UHGV virus genome: UHGV-0336137
Source of the DNA: a virus
Strand: one strand, 5' to 3'
DNA: 46,423 nucleotides
The notes below the pieces were generated by a model. The model was not told where the DNA came from and ran no database searches. It saw nothing but the letters and a program-made list of their open reading frames with translations. A program made the translations under genes and the position numbers. Shown here piece by piece: positions 1 through 11,163 of the stretch (within the stretch, counting starts at the first letter, position 1; each line of letters opens with the position of its first letter).

Positions 1-124
1 CACACAAAATCAGATTGGCGATAAACTCAGCGCGTCGCAGGTGAATTGCTATCGCGTAGTTTATATCGATGCGTTGGCCTGCATATGCAGATATCACATC
101 TTCGTCGTCTTTATTGACTGGCAT
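1..124 (-). CDS. small hypothetical protein, N-terminal part only (gene runs past the window start); diverged paralog of the 45907..46059 ORF
   Basis: ATG at 124 on the minus strand; translated start MPVNKDDEDVISAYAGQRIDINYAIAIHLRRAEFIANLIL matches ...DVISAYAGQCIDINYAIAIHLKRSEFMANLIL encoded at 45907..46059; DNA about 70% identical. Confidence 0.3.
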   Translation of the reverse strand, partial: MPVNKDDEDVISAYAGQRIDINYAIAIHLRRAEFIANLILC

Positions 125-126
125 TT

Positions 127-255
127 TTAATCCTCAACCACTACGCCAATCTTAGCCAGTAACAAAATCGCCTTTACGCGGGCCTCATCATAGGTAAACC
201 CGCAATCAACGTACAGGTCGATGTAAAATCTCAAATCAGCATCAGTCTCGTTCAT
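127..255 (-). CDS. hypothetical 42-aa protein
   Basis: small ORF (MNETDADLRFYIDLYVDCGF...) directly downstream of the leftward promoter element at 286-296; no homology recognised. Confidence 0.2.
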   Translation of the reverse strand: MNETDADLRFYIDLYVDCGFTYDEARVKAILLLAKIGVVVED

Positions 256-279
256 ATGTCAAACCCTCAATCACCTTAT

Positions 280-330
280 GCTTTCAATCTACGTCAGCTT
301 TGCACGCCCTGTCAATGGTATAATTACGTC
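280..330. promoter_or_regulatory. divergent promoter region: AATCTACGTCA element (286-296; its reverse complement gives TGACGTAGATT with a -10-like TAGATT pointing leftward) plus extended -10 TGGTATAAT (316-324) for the rightward tail operon
   Basis: same element recurs in about 15 copies in promoter regions; the TGnTATAAT box lies about 28 nt upstream of the ATG at 353, which has an RBS. Confidence 0.45.
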
Positions 331-352
331 ATTATGAAAACAGGATTTAGAC

Positions 353-1060
353 ATGAGACAACGCACACCGCTAACAGAAATCGGAGAAATGCGCATCTCC
401 CTGGATGACAAGTCTTTTTTCTTCAAACCATCATTTGCAGCGATGAATGAGCTTGGCTCACCAAAAGAGATTGTCGAGTTGTACGCTACGCTTAATGGCT
501 ATGAATACGCGGCCATACTCGGCGCCATTCAATCAATGCCATATGGCGCGCAGATTCAGGTGGCAAAAATCCTGTCACGTCCTGCCTATGGTAAGAAGGT
601 GCTCAGCGCCGCCTGCCTCATCATGCAGTCCTGTTGTGATGATAATATCTCGGTGCTCATTGGATCATGGAAGCCGACTCCGCGCGGTGTTAAGTACGTC
701 ACCGGACGAATGCCAGTAAATGACATTATTATTATTGCTCGAAACCTGATGGAGCATGGCATCATCGGCAAGTCTCCGCTCAAGGTTCCTCAGCGCTCGG
801 AAAACCAAAAGCGCACAACCAGTGAGTTGAGAATGTCGGATTACATCATCTCTGCTCGCACTCATTTCGGAATCACCCGCGAGGAAGCCGAAGACCTGAC
901 CATGACCGAGTATCAGCAGATGATAAAATCAAAATACCCGGAACCGGAAGGCATGACGCGCGAGCAGTATGATGCGTCTTATGAGCGGGCTAAGCTGAAT
1001 AAACAGAAAATGAAAGAGAAAGCCGCCAGAAAGGCCGCTAAAAGCAAAGGAGCAAAATAA
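353..1060 (+). CDS. putative tail assembly chaperone (position-based)
   Basis: 235-aa acidic/Lys-rich protein immediately upstream of the tape measure gene; stop overlaps the tape measure start (TAATGG); no frameshift site identified. Confidence 0.35.
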   Translation: MRQRTPLTEIGEMRISLDDKSFFFKPSFAAMNELGSPKEIVELYATLNGYEYAAILGAIQSMPYGAQIQVAKILSRPAYGKKVLSAACLIMQSCCDDNISVLIGSWKPTPRGVKYVTGRMPVNDIIIIARNLMEHGIIGKSPLKVPQRSENQKRTTSELRMSDYIISARTHFGITREEAEDLTMTEYQQMIKSKYPEPEGMTREQYDASYERAKLNKQKMKEKAARKAAKSKGAK

Positions 1061-4000
1061 TGGCAGAAACAGTTGGCGGCATTATCTATGAGGTTGGCAT
1101 TGACACATCTCAGTTAGCAGCTGGTAGTCGTGAATTGCAGTCAATGCTAAATGGCCTTAGCGGGAGCATGGGGCGACTTGAGGCCAGTGTAAACAGGACA
1201 GAGCGCTCTATTGGATCGATGGAACGAACAATGTCCAGCCTTTCTGGCGTTGCCAAGGGATTGTTCGCGGCGCTTTCTGTGCAACAGGTTGCGAGTTACG
1301 CCGATGCCTGGACTGAACTAAATAACAAGGTAGCTAACTCGGTTCGTACTGGAGAGACGCAGACCGAAGTTATGCAGCGGATCTTTGATGTTTCACAAGC
1401 AACCCAGTCATCCCTTAACGGCACGGCGACTCTTTACGCCAGGCTTGAGCGAGGAACCAGGGCGTACAACACCAGCGCGGAAGATTTAGTCCGCCTGACC
1501 ACTATTATCAATCAGGGGTTTGCAGTATCCGGTGCAACAGCTCAGGAAGCTGAGAACGCAATCATTCAGCTATCACAGGGTATCGCTTCCGGCGTTCTGC
1601 GCGGCGAGGAGTTTAACTCAGTGTCAGAGCAAGGCAGCCGCCTCATGGTAGCTCTGGCTGATTCGATGGGTGTTTCTATCGGTCAGTTGAGGGCTATGGC
1701 CGCTCAGGGGCAGCTAACAACAGACGTTGTAGTTAAGGGGCTTCTGTCACAAGGGGATGCCATCGGCAAAGAATTTGCCAACACCACCGTCTCAATCGCC
1801 AAGGGATTGCAGGTAGCCGGCAACAACGTAACGAAGTTCTTTGGCGAAAACTCGACGGTTAAATCATTTGCAGCAGGGTTCCGAGACTCTGTCATCACAA
1901 TAAGTGAGAACCTTGAGACGCTGAGCGGCGCCCTTATCATTGTAGCTGGCATAATGGGAAGTCGGTATGTTGGCGCGCTGGCAATGTCCACTGCCGCGAA
2001 AATATCAGATATAGCGGCATCAAGACAGCAATTAATAGCTGAGAATCAGCAGGCACAATCTGCACTCTTTGCCGCCAATGCCACCCAGAGAAAAGCTTTC
2101 GCTGATAAAGAGGCGGCACTATCATCTGTCGCACTTGCCCAGGCTGAATATAACGTAGCAAAAGGCAGTGCAGCCGAGGCGCTGGCTCTTGATGCTCTTA
2201 TAGCTGCAAAGTCCAGAGCGAGCGCCGCATCATTGTCTTTGGCGCAAGCTGAAAACGCACAGGCCGCGGCATCAGCGAGAGCGGCATCTGCGGCCAGAGC
2301 AGCTTCGGTAGGGGTTGGCCTTGCCAGAGGGGCGCTTTCATTGATAGGCGGCCCAGCAGGAGCGGCGACGTTAGCGGCGGGGGCAATTTTCTACTTCTGG
2401 CAAAAAGCGCAGCAGGCCAGAGAAGAATCCATTCGCTTTGCTGATAGCTTGGATCAAGTTAACGAGTCAATGAAGGCGATGAATAACACCCAGCTAAGGG
2501 GGGTAATTGCCGACGCTAATAAGTCTATTCAGGCACAAGAGGAATATGTAAGGGATCTTGAAGACAGCATTGATAAACTTAAAGGTGAGATTGATGACTA
2601 TACCGCAAGAGGAAAGCTGTTCGGAACAACAATAGAGCAAGGAAACGGGTTACTAAAAATCGCATCAGATAAAACTGATGAACTGAATCAAAAATCGCGC
2701 GACCTTGCGAACGCCAAGGAAAAACTAGCAAGAACTCAGGAAGCCGCATCTGAAGCACGCAGAACCCTTACAAACAACATGCTCACGTCTATGGGTGTGC
2801 ATGACAGCCTGATTGAGAAGGGATCAACGCTTGAAAGGGTGCAGGGCGCTGTAGCAAGAGCATTTGGCCTGACTGCCGATGAGATAAACCGAGCAAATCA
2901 GGCAGGCCAAAACTTCAACCCAAAATCCTTGCAAGTGTCGCCCCCAACAGAAGAAGCTGACAAGATAATCCTCAATCTTGAGGAGCAAAACCAACTTTTA
3001 AAAATACAGGATGAAAGACAAAGGGCAGTAACAAAGGCGAGAATGGAGGCAGCTAAGATAACTGATAACCCCAATCAGATAGCCAGAGCTGCTGAGCTTG
3101 CAGGTCAGATATATGATTTAACTGAGGCTGAGAAAGCAAGAGAAAAAGCGCAAAATGATTCTCAATCAGCGGCCCAAAAAGCCGCCACAGAGCAGGAGAA
3201 TATCGCCAACAAACTTGAGCAACTGCGGCAAGAATCATTGCTAACAGCAGATAGCACAAGAGAGCTAAGTCGAGAGCAAGCAATACTACAGGCACAACAA
3301 TCATTAGGAAAAGGCGCCACAGAGGAGCAAATAAGGCTCGCTGGAGAGTACAAGGCTAAGGCATGGGATAATGCCAACGCGATAAAGGCTCAGGCAGAGG
3401 CGGAGAAACAAAGGGTCGAAGCTGTAAAAGGATTCGCTGCATTAAAATCGCAGACATCACCAATGTTTGCCGTTGAAACAAACTATCAGAAGGATTTAGC
3501 AGCGCTTAATGCTTACGCAGTAGCTTACCCGCAAAAGATAGCGGAGGTTGAGCAGGCCAGAGCAGCAATTGAGGAGCAATACCGCCAGCAGCGCCTTGAT
3601 GCCATGTGGCAGGAGTGGAGTCAGCAGAATGCGGCTACGCAGGCGGCTGCTGCTGCATTTGATGCTTTTGGACAAACTGCAAGTAATGCCTTAACTGGCA
3701 TCCTGACTGGTTCAATGTCTGTTAGCGAGGCGCTACAGTCAATTGGCAGCACTGTGTTAAACGCCGTGATTAACTCATTCGTTCAGATGGGCGTGGAGTG
3801 GCTTAAATCAGTAATCATGGGACAGGCAGGAATGGCAGCGGCATCTGCCGCAACCGCCGCTCAGGCGGCAGGAATAGCAGCGGCTATGGCGCCAGCAGCA
3901 GCGATGACCTCGCTTGCTACATCTGGAGCTAACGCAATCCCAGCTCAGGCTGGTATTGCTTCTACGGTTGGTGTGGCTAAAGCAATGTCTGTTGCCGGGG

Positions 4001-4341
4001 CGTTAAAGAATGGTGGCCCTGCGCAGGCTGGATCAATGTACAGAGTTGGCGAGAACAACCTACCTGAGATATTCCAGGCTTCAAATGGACATCAATACAT
4101 GATTCCTGGAGATTCAGGGAGGGTTATCAGCAACAAAGACCTTACCGGCAGCGGCGGTGGTATTGTGATTAATAATAATGTCATCAATAACAGCAGCGGA
4201 GCAACAGCATCATCAACAGCGAGAGATAATGGTGACGGGTCTGTTACAATTGAGACGATTGTGGCAGATATCGAGGCTGGAGGCCCGATCTCAAACGCGA
4301 TTACCAGTCACACCACTGCAACCAGAAGGGCGACAGAATAA
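1060..4341 (+). CDS. tail tape measure protein
   Basis: 1093 aa, Ala/Gln-rich low-complexity, long coiled-coil stretches, TM-like hydrophobic segments; canonical position between chaperone and minor tail genes; RBS AAGGAG. Confidence 0.85.
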   Translation: MAETVGGIIYEVGIDTSQLAAGSRELQSMLNGLSGSMGRLEASVNRTERSIGSMERTMSSLSGVAKGLFAALSVQQVASYADAWTELNNKVANSVRTGETQTEVMQRIFDVSQATQSSLNGTATLYARLERGTRAYNTSAEDLVRLTTIINQGFAVSGATAQEAENAIIQLSQGIASGVLRGEEFNSVSEQGSRLMVALADSMGVSIGQLRAMAAQGQLTTDVVVKGLLSQGDAIGKEFANTTVSIAKGLQVAGNNVTKFFGENSTVKSFAAGFRDSVITISENLETLSGALIIVAGIMGSRYVGALAMSTAAKISDIAASRQQLIAENQQAQSALFAANATQRKAFADKEAALSSVALAQAEYNVAKGSAAEALALDALIAAKSRASAASLSLAQAENAQAAASARAASAARAASVGVGLARGALSLIGGPAGAATLAAGAIFYFWQKAQQAREESIRFADSLDQVNESMKAMNNTQLRGVIADANKSIQAQEEYVRDLEDSIDKLKGEIDDYTARGKLFGTTIEQGNGLLKIASDKTDELNQKSRDLANAKEKLARTQEAASEARRTLTNNMLTSMGVHDSLIEKGSTLERVQGAVARAFGLTADEINRANQAGQNFNPKSLQVSPPTEEADKIILNLEEQNQLLKIQDERQRAVTKARMEAAKITDNPNQIARAAELAGQIYDLTEAEKAREKAQNDSQSAAQKAATEQENIANKLEQLRQESLLTADSTRELSREQAILQAQQSLGKGATEEQIRLAGEYKAKAWDNANAIKAQAEAEKQRVEAVKGFAALKSQTSPMFAVETNYQKDLAALNAYAVAYPQKIAEVEQARAAIEEQYRQQRLDAMWQEWSQQNAATQAAAAAFDAFGQTASNALTGILTGSMSVSEALQSIGSTVLNAVINSFVQMGVEWLKSVIMGQAGMAAASAATAAQAAGIAAAMAPAAAMTSLATSGANAIPAQAGIASTVGVAKAMSVAGALKNGGPAQAGSMYRVGENNLPEIFQASNGHQYMIPGDSGRVISNKDLTGSGGGIVINNNVINNSSGATASSTARDNGDGSVTIETIVADIEAGGPISNAITSHTTATRRATE

Positions 4342-4811
4342 TGGCTATAGCTTACCCATCATGGCTTCCGCTGGCGCAGCGGGCCAGCAAGAACATGACG
4401 ACTCAAACCCCATTCCGCAGCGATCAGCCTGCGGTTGGGGCGCCAATATTTCAAAAGTTAACTACCGATGTTGCAGTAACATGGAGTTTGACGTGGGTTT
4501 TTACTCTGGAGCAAGACCGGGCTTTCATGCAGTGGTTAAGGAGTCCCAAGTATCTCAATAAATGCAACGAATGGTTTACAATGGATGTTGATCTTGGGGG
4601 TAGTGGAAGACAAAACCAGACATTGCATTTTACTGACTATCCCGTTCAAACCAGCATCAATGGTGGCGTCGTAACATGGACAGGAAACGTGATAGCAAAA
4701 ACGTTAAATAATAGTGATGATGGCTCTGATGATATTATCGTTGAATATCCACCAAGCCAAAGATTGTGGCTCGATGAAATTGTTAACAGAGACTGGCCGG
4801 AGTATCCATAA
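4341..4811 (+). CDS. minor tail protein
   Basis: 156 aa, ATGA-coupled to the tape measure stop; first gene after tape measure in siphovirus order. Confidence 0.5.
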   Translation: MAIAYPSWLPLAQRASKNMTTQTPFRSDQPAVGAPIFQKLTTDVAVTWSLTWVFTLEQDRAFMQWLRSPKYLNKCNEWFTMDVDLGGSGRQNQTLHFTDYPVQTSINGGVVTWTGNVIAKTLNNSDDGSDDIIVEYPPSQRLWLDEIVNRDWPEYP

Positions 4812-5281
4812 TGCCAACATTGCGTGAATACCAGTCGAAAAGACCAAACTGGAAACTGTATGACACCATAACCTTTTATCATTCTTCATTTGGTTATGTC
4901 CGGCTAGTTGGCAATGAGTTTTCTGATATTGTACTTGGCGGTCATACTTACCAGCCAGTGCGCATGGATGTAACCAGAAGCCAGCAATCGAACACACCGG
5001 TAATCAATGCCACGCTGAAGTTTGCGCGACTGGCTAATGACTTTAAGCAATATTTAAAGTTATGGTCAGGTTCTGGACGCATTGAGCCTATCACTGCGTT
5101 ATACCAGCGTTTTGACGAGACCGACAAAGACACACCATTAAAACCATATACGCTTTATGTGAACGATGTGACGCTTGATCAGTCTGATGTAACTGTCTCC
5201 ATCTCCATAAAAAACCCAATTAATGGCAACGTGGCAAAACTTTATGACATCACAGAATTTCCCGGACTGCGTACCGTTTGA
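4811..5281 (+). CDS. minor tail protein
   Basis: 156 aa, translationally coupled (TAATG) to the upstream gene; position. Confidence 0.5.
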   Translation: MPTLREYQSKRPNWKLYDTITFYHSSFGYVRLVGNEFSDIVLGGHTYQPVRMDVTRSQQSNTPVINATLKFARLANDFKQYLKLWSGSGRIEPITALYQRFDETDKDTPLKPYTLYVNDVTLDQSDVTVSISIKNPINGNVAKLYDITEFPGLRTV

Positions 5282-5294
5282 CGATTTTGAAAGG

Positions 5295-5702
5295 ATGATG
5301 CTTGGAAAGCCATACGTCGACAGATGTTGTCACGTTGATGCAGTGGACTGCTGGGGTTTGGTGGTGCTGTTCTATCGCCTGTGCATGAATGCTAATGTCC
5401 ATCATGATGATTCATATTCAAATGGCGGCGATTTTGCCACTTGTTTCAATGGAGAAGTTTCATTCTGGAAAGACACCGATCATCCAAAAATTGGCGACGT
5501 GGTGGTTGCTTATCGCGGGAGCCATCCGGTACACGTCGCGTTGTGGTGGGGTCGTGATAAAATACTGCATGCGCGAGAGAAAACGGCAGTCAAGACAGAC
5601 CGCCTTAAAACACTCGAAAAATTATCAACAAAATTAAGGTTCCTGACTTATGCCGGTTATTCACATTCAGAAGATACCAGGAGTTCCAAAAGAGACGGGT
5701 AA
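5295..5702 (+). CDS. tail assembly protein with NlpC/P60-like (gpK-like) cysteine peptidase fold
   Basis: start moved to the ATG with RBS GAAAGGA; Cys...His arrangement (..[11 protein letters not shown].. / ..[10 protein letters not shown]..) typical of NlpC/P60 domains found in lambda K-like tail proteins. Confidence 0.5.
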   Translation: MMLGKPYVDRCCHVDAVDCWGLVVLFYRLCMNANVHHDDSYSNGGDFATCFNGEVSFWKDTDHPKIGDVVVAYRGSHPVHVALWWGRDKILHAREKTAVKTDRLKTLEKLSTKLRFLTYAGYSHSEDTRSSKRDG

Positions 5703-8130
5703 TGTTCCTGCTGGCACTAATCTGTGGAGATGGCTGGAGAATTCCGGCCTTCCATCTGATATCAGGATTGCACTGAATGGCCGCATTTTTGGCCCTGATG
5801 ATGAATTGTCGATATCGTTAAAGCAAAACGATATTGTTAACATTTACTGTCAGCCTCGCGGCGCCATTGGCGACCTTATCAGCACGATACTAAAGCCTGT
5901 AACTAAGGTTCTTTCTTTTCTGCTTCCAAAAGCATCAACGCCATCAACCAGCACCGGCACGACTGTTGAATCACCCAATAACAGCCTGAAATCGCAAACC
6001 AATATTGCGCGAAACGGAGAGGCAAGACCTGACAACTTCGGTCAGGTAAGGGCATTTCCAGACCTGATTCAGGAATCGCTTTTTGAATACATTGACGATC
6101 TGAAGTACGTCACCGAGTTCATGAATTTTGGCCTTGGGAAATATACCATTTCATCGGTTCGCTATGCGGAAACTAACCTTGGCTCTCTGCCAGGCGCCAC
6201 TCATGTCATCTACAATCCAGGTGATGTGATTGGACAAATCATTGAGCCTTATCAGTTCGACGGGCTTGATGGTCAGGAGGTTCCAGGGCTAAACGAATCG
6301 GATACAACTCCTGTTGAGTCTGCAACAACAACATCTGTTACCAGCGGTGATTATGCTGGCGGTCAGCTGTTAATGGTCATACCAAAAAATACTGATTTTG
6401 ATTACTTTATGGGGCTATCTTTGCCACACTCAGTAACATTAACAATAAATATTACTTACAATACAACATCTGGCCCTGTAACAAAAAATATCGAACTCAG
6501 CGGCAACATCATTTCAGCTGAGGAAACTGAGACAGGCGTCATTCCTGATATTCAGTATTTTTATAATTTCACCTTCAATAACCTGACTGGCGCAAATCTT
6601 GGCAACCTGACAGGTGCAACCATCAACAACACTTATTTCCAGATTGTGGATAATGAGGCGCTTGTTGTTGGCCCATATGTTGGAGCTGTGGAATCAACAC
6701 AGGTTTGGGTTCACGTTCAATCTGAGCTTGGGCCCACCAGTGGTACGGCAGATTATCTGATCAAGGTATGGGCAGTTGATCATAATGGGGATGCCATTCC
6801 AGGAACCGAGGAGCAGCTTGCAGACAGTATTGACAATCCATTCAATCAGACAACCAAAAACTATTATCGCACGTATAAGTTAACTCCTGCTTATGGGCTG
6901 GCTAAGTATGCCATCAGCATTGAAAGGACAAACAACTCAAACTCTGGCAACCGCGTAACGTTGCAGGCGGCGCACGCTATCAACATCCGCGAGAATGTGG
7001 TTTATCCTGATGACACTCTTGTTAAAGTGACAGTGAAGGCTACGCTTCAGCCAACATCAGTTACTGAGCGCAAATATAATGCGCTGATCACCCGCTGGAC
7101 TATTGGATACAACAGAACAGCCGGGACAGTCGACTATACGTTAAGTCCATCAAGAAGTTTCGCAGATTCAGTGCTGCATAACTGGCTCATTACCGCTGGT
7201 CAGCCTGAAAGCACCATTGACGTGGGAAGGCTCTATAAAATAGCTGATGCGCTGCCTGATGAGCGCCTTGGGTATTTTGATTACACCTTTGACGATGAGG
7301 ATAAGTCCATTGGTGAGCGAATTCAGACCATCTGTGATGCAGCTCGCGTAACGGTTTTTTGGGATGATGGTGTCTTGTCTTTCTCAAGGGATGAGGAAAA
7401 ATCAACTCCTGAAACCATATTCAATACCAGAAACACAAAGGCCGATGGCTATAAAATGTCTTATGACATGACTTTGCCGGGGTCATATGATGGCGTAAGT
7501 GTTCAGTACCGCGACCCAAACACCAACAAACAGGCTTATGTTTATTATAAAGTTGGCACTTCTGGTATCGAACCGGGAGAGCCAACTAAGCCGAAAAAAT
7601 TCGACATGCTATATGTTCGAAACCTGTATCAGGCAACAGACCGGGCCATGCTTGAGTGCAACCGTCTCATGTACTCACGCCGTGGAATGGAGATAAAAGC
7701 GCTTGCTGATGGTGAGTGGGTAAACGTTGGCGATATGATTTCCGTTGTTGACATTTATGATTCTGTACAGCAAACAGGCGTTATCCGTTCAAGGTCTGGA
7801 AACGTATTTACCACCAGTGAACAGCTCACGGCGGGAGGCGGCCTGTTTGTAGTTATAACTGGCGCCAATGGAAATGTGTCAGATCGATTGGCTTGTACCG
7901 TTACTGGATTGAATACATTCGAGTGCGCATTACCATCTGACTTCGAGTTAAACATTTTTGACGGTGTTAACGTTCAGTCAGAATCAAGATATGCCATCTC
8001 AACAGAGGTTGAGCTTGACTCAACTTTATGGACAGTCAGCCAGAAAACTCCAGGTACAGATGGCACAGTGTCTCTTACAGTAACTGAGTACAATGACGCC
8101 ATGTACGCCTACACCAACCCTGTTGCATGA
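5650..8130 (+). CDS. tail tip / central tail fibre protein (J-like) with N-terminal gpI-like ubiquitin-type segment
   Basis: 826 aa; N-terminal ..[22 protein letters not shown].. resembles lambda-I-type tail assembly domain; Thr/Ser/Asn-rich repeats; position after K-like gene. Confidence 0.55.
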   Translation: MPVIHIQKIPGVPKETGNVPAGTNLWRWLENSGLPSDIRIALNGRIFGPDDELSISLKQNDIVNIYCQPRGAIGDLISTILKPVTKVLSFLLPKASTPSTSTGTTVESPNNSLKSQTNIARNGEARPDNFGQVRAFPDLIQESLFEYIDDLKYVTEFMNFGLGKYTISSVRYAETNLGSLPGATHVIYNPGDVIGQIIEPYQFDGLDGQEVPGLNESDTTPVESATTTSVTSGDYAGGQLLMVIPKNTDFDYFMGLSLPHSVTLTINITYNTTSGPVTKNIELSGNIISAEETETGVIPDIQYFYNFTFNNLTGANLGNLTGATINNTYFQIVDNEALVVGPYVGAVESTQVWVHVQSELGPTSGTADYLIKVWAVDHNGDAIPGTEEQLADSIDNPFNQTTKNYYRTYKLTPAYGLAKYAISIERTNNSNSGNRVTLQAAHAINIRENVVYPDDTLVKVTVKATLQPTSVTERKYNALITRWTIGYNRTAGTVDYTLSPSRSFADSVLHNWLITAGQPESTIDVGRLYKIADALPDERLGYFDYTFDDEDKSIGERIQTICDAARVTVFWDDGVLSFSRDEEKSTPETIFNTRNTKADGYKMSYDMTLPGSYDGVSVQYRDPNTNKQAYVYYKVGTSGIEPGEPTKPKKFDMLYVRNLYQATDRAMLECNRLMYSRRGMEIKALADGEWVNVGDMISVVDIYDSVQQTGVIRSRSGNVFTTSEQLTAGGGLFVVITGANGNVSDRLACTVTGLNTFECALPSDFELNIFDGVNVQSESRYAISTEVELDSTLWTVSQKTPGTDGTVSLTVTEYNDAMYAYTNPVA

Positions 8131-8168
8131 TACAATAGGGCAATCAATGATTACGGAGATTGCAGCCA

Positions 8169-10622
8169 ATGGCTACCACCCCAACTAACAAGCCAGTCCC
8201 GTCTAACGACCTGAATGATTTTAGATACAACTGTGAAAAAGTTGACGAGATTGTAAACTCAGGTAGTGAGACGTACACTGATAGATTCGGCGTGGAAAGA
8301 TATACCATTGATGGGGTAAGAAAAAATCTTATTCCTCTTGGTAAGCAATATATGACACTTTCTGATGCACAGGCTGATATTGCTAATATACCGGTCAACT
8401 CTTACACATACGTGCGCGATGCTTCGGGTACATCTCTGGCGCTGGAATATCAAAATGTAGCTGGTACTCTAACAGCAACTGGTCGTGCAATGCCGTCACA
8501 ACAATCAGTAGACAAAGCATCAAAAGCCGTTGATTCAGGTTTGAATGTTTTGTTTGATCCGCTATTTGAGGTATTGCTATCCAATCCTACCGTGGGAAGC
8601 AAAACACACATTGTTAGCGGAACGTTAACCGCGGCTTTGTCGACCAATGCTAAATTAGGCTTCCCGGCTATTGTGGCCGGACCCGATGCGGGCGCAATTG
8701 CCGCTCGCAGATTATGGCTCGCCGATTGTGCCGTGGATGTCGGGGATACCATATCTTTAAATGTTATCGCATGGTACGCCAATGCTGGTGGGCGCGTTGC
8801 TTTTGTTTTTCGTAATGCGTCTGGTACTGCTATAGGGACACAGTATTTATTATACGCCACCGGAACAGGGTTCAATCGGTATTTGCGCACTCTAACAGTC
8901 CCATCTGGTGCGGTTATGCTGGATGTGCGGGTCGAAAACACCGCTAATGCTGGTACGGTAGAGCTGGACGCAGTGTTTTTGATGTCTGCTACATCCGAAG
9001 CACATCCAACTGTGCCTGGTAGACCCGTGGCCCCCTATGCAGTGCCTCTGAAAAACAACGTTGTGACTACTTCTTCAATTCAAAAGGCCGCCGTCACAGT
9101 GGATAAAGCATCATTTTTCATTCCAGGAGTTAACCTTTTTGATAAAGCTGCCGTCACATCGGGGTATTATGTTAACTATAAGACCGGTAATTTAATCACT
9201 AACGCTTCGTATTCTGCATCTGATTATATCCCTGTAACAGCGGGTCAGAATTACACGCAAAGTTTTTCGCATCAAACAGCCTTCTACGATGCAAATAAAA
9301 CTTATATTTCTGGCGTTGATGCTCTTGTATCTCCATCAACAGCGAGGACTTTAACTATTCCTGCTGGGGCAGCTTATGTACGAATGTCAGTCGCAAATAC
9401 CGCACTCGATACGATGCAATTCGAAAAAGGTAATGAATCCACAAGTTACCAGCCATATGCATTACAGCTGGACCCGTCTTTAATACCAACTACAGCAGCC
9501 CCAGTCGTCGATTATGTAGAGAGAGCCTATCAGCTTCGCGTTACTCGGATGAAATTGGGGCAACTAGAAGCCGGTGTATCGGCCATTCTTAATGTTGGTA
9601 TTTTTGGCGATTCATGGGGAACATTAACCGAAAGATTCGCGAAACCTTTAGCAAAAGCGATTCGTGCTAAATATGGATCCGGCCCTGGTGTTGGCTGGGT
9701 ATCATTCGGCCGTCACAGCACATCCGCATCAATAATTAACGGCAACATTTTCTCAGTCAGCAGAGACCTGCCAACGCAATTCACATGGACAGGATCATGG
9801 TTGTTTAGTTATAGCGGCAAGAAAAACCCAACCAACTCCAGTCCAGATACTGCTGTTGTTACGTCCTCTACACCAGGGGATGCACTGAAGGCTACGGTCC
9901 CTGGCACCTCGGACGGCGGGTGGTCAACCTGCAGGCTGGGCTTTGTGGGTACAAGTGACGGTGTTATTCGATATAACTGGGATGGAGGGGCATGGACGAC
10001 GCTCAACGTGCAAGGTAGCGGACTGCTGTTTGTTGATATTAACCCACCGGCTACTGTAAATGCCTCTAATGTGATTAACGTTGAGGTTGTATCTGGCACG
10101 GTATCGTTATGTGGGATAAAGCCGATTGGCACTGGCTCTGGTGTGCGCGTTCATAAGCTAGGTGCGTCTGGCTCAAGTCTTGCATCATGGTTATCTATGG
10201 ACGCTACTGATTTTGGCAAGGCTTTAACAGAATTAGCTCTTGATACGGTGATTATTATTACCGGCACAAATGACCAGAGGATAACTGGTGGCGCTACTGC
10301 ATTTGAAGCTAACCTGCGCGCTTTTATTGCTCGTATCCGGGAGGCGTTGCCCGGCGCTGATATCCTGTTTGTCATGCCATGCGAGAATGAGCGGACTGAC
10401 AACCCGGTAACGATGGCATCAATGGCAGCCAGGGCCAGGACTGTAGCCTCAGATCTGAATTGCGCGTTTATAAACCTGCAATATATCTTCGGCGAAAACC
10501 CTGCAGATTATGCCTATGGTTCGATACACCCCTGGTTTGCTTCTGACGGTATCCACCCCGACCCGGCAACTGGAGGGTATTTAATAAAAGATGCAATATA
10601 TCGTGTAATGACAATGAGATAA
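8169..10622 (+). CDS. tail fibre / tailspike protein with C-terminal SGNH (GDSL) hydrolase domain
   Basis: ORF-track start 8160 is TTG, ATG at 8169 with GGAG upstream; C-terminal third carries SGNH blocks GIFGDSWG (I), ITGTNDQ (III) and DGIHPD (V). Confidence 0.7.
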   Translation: MATTPTNKPVPSNDLNDFRYNCEKVDEIVNSGSETYTDRFGVERYTIDGVRKNLIPLGKQYMTLSDAQADIANIPVNSYTYVRDASGTSLALEYQNVAGTLTATGRAMPSQQSVDKASKAVDSGLNVLFDPLFEVLLSNPTVGSKTHIVSGTLTAALSTNAKLGFPAIVAGPDAGAIAARRLWLADCAVDVGDTISLNVIAWYANAGGRVAFVFRNASGTAIGTQYLLYATGTGFNRYLRTLTVPSGAVMLDVRVENTANAGTVELDAVFLMSATSEAHPTVPGRPVAPYAVPLKNNVVTTSSIQKAAVTVDKASFFIPGVNLFDKAAVTSGYYVNYKTGNLITNASYSASDYIPVTAGQNYTQSFSHQTAFYDANKTYISGVDALVSPSTARTLTIPAGAAYVRMSVANTALDTMQFEKGNESTSYQPYALQLDPSLIPTTAAPVVDYVERAYQLRVTRMKLGQLEAGVSAILNVGIFGDSWGTLTERFAKPLAKAIRAKYGSGPGVGWVSFGRHSTSASIINGNIFSVSRDLPTQFTWTGSWLFSYSGKKNPTNSSPDTAVVTSSTPGDALKATVPGTSDGGWSTCRLGFVGTSDGVIRYNWDGGAWTTLNVQGSGLLFVDINPPATVNASNVINVEVVSGTVSLCGIKPIGTGSGVRVHKLGASGSSLASWLSMDATDFGKALTELALDTVIIITGTNDQRITGGATAFEANLRAFIARIREALPGADILFVMPCENERTDNPVTMASMAARARTVASDLNCAFINLQYIFGENPADYAYGSIHPWFASDGIHPDPATGGYLIKDAIYRVMTMR

Positions 10623-10624
10623 CA

Positions 10625-10648
10625 AAAAGGGCCATTCGGCCCTTTCTT
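10625..10648. terminator. bidirectional rho-independent terminator
   Basis: AAAAAGGGCC-ATTC-GGCCCTTTCTT hairpin flanked by A/T runs between convergent genes. Confidence 0.55.
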
Positions 10649-10650
10649 CA

Positions 10651-11154
10651 TCAAAACGGAATATCATCATCAAAATCCATCGGCGGCTCGTTTACCGGTG
10701 GTTTTTGTGTATTTGATGGTTGCTGCGGTTTACCCCACCCTGATTGCTGATTACTTCCTGACTGTTGCCGCTGCTGTGATTGTTGGTTTCCATTATCACT
10801 TGATTTACCACCAATCATTTGCATAACGCCGTTCATAGGCTGCAAGACGATTTCAGTAGTGTATTTTTCAACACCGCTTTGATCTGTCCATTTTCGAGTG
10901 CGTAATTTACCTTCTACATACACCTGAGAGCCTTTGCGCAGGTGTTCTCCAGCTACCTCTGCCAGCTTTCCGAAGATAACCACGCGATGCCATTCAGTTT
11001 GCTCTTTCTTTTCACCTGTGGCCTTGTCATTCCACTGTTCTGATGTTGCCAGAGACAGATTGCACACAGCGCCGCCAGATGGCATATATTTAACTTCCGG
11101 GTCTTGGCCGAGTGTGCCCAAAATGATTACTTTGTTGATTCCGCGAGATGCCAT
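10651..11154 (-). CDS. ssb: single-stranded DNA-binding protein
   Basis: 167 aa; OB-fold N-terminus [13 protein letters not shown]..., Gly/Gln-rich linker, acidic C-terminal tip DFDDDIPF typical of SSB. Confidence 0.9.
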   Translation of the reverse strand: MASRGINKVIILGTLGQDPEVKYMPSGGAVCNLSLATSEQWNDKATGEKKEQTEWHRVVIFGKLAEVAGEHLRKGSQVYVEGKLRTRKWTDQSGVEKYTTEIVLQPMNGVMQMIGGKSSDNGNQQSQQRQQSGSNQQSGWGKPQQPSNTQKPPVNEPPMDFDDDIPF

Positions 11155-11163
11155 AATTTACCC

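Noticed and set aside
447-865. ORFs 447..719 (+), 586..783 (-), 665..865 (-) inside the chaperone-like gene
   Set aside because: They overlap a well-supported gene out of frame or antisense, have no RBS and have odd composition. I found no slippery site for a chaperone frameshift product.
1704-4561. Antisense and alternate-frame ORFs within the tape measure gene (1704..1991, 1937..2161, 2198..2386, 3053..3304, 3162..3377, 4178..4561)
   Set aside because: Low-complexity GC-biased tape measure sequence generates spurious open frames. None has translation signals.
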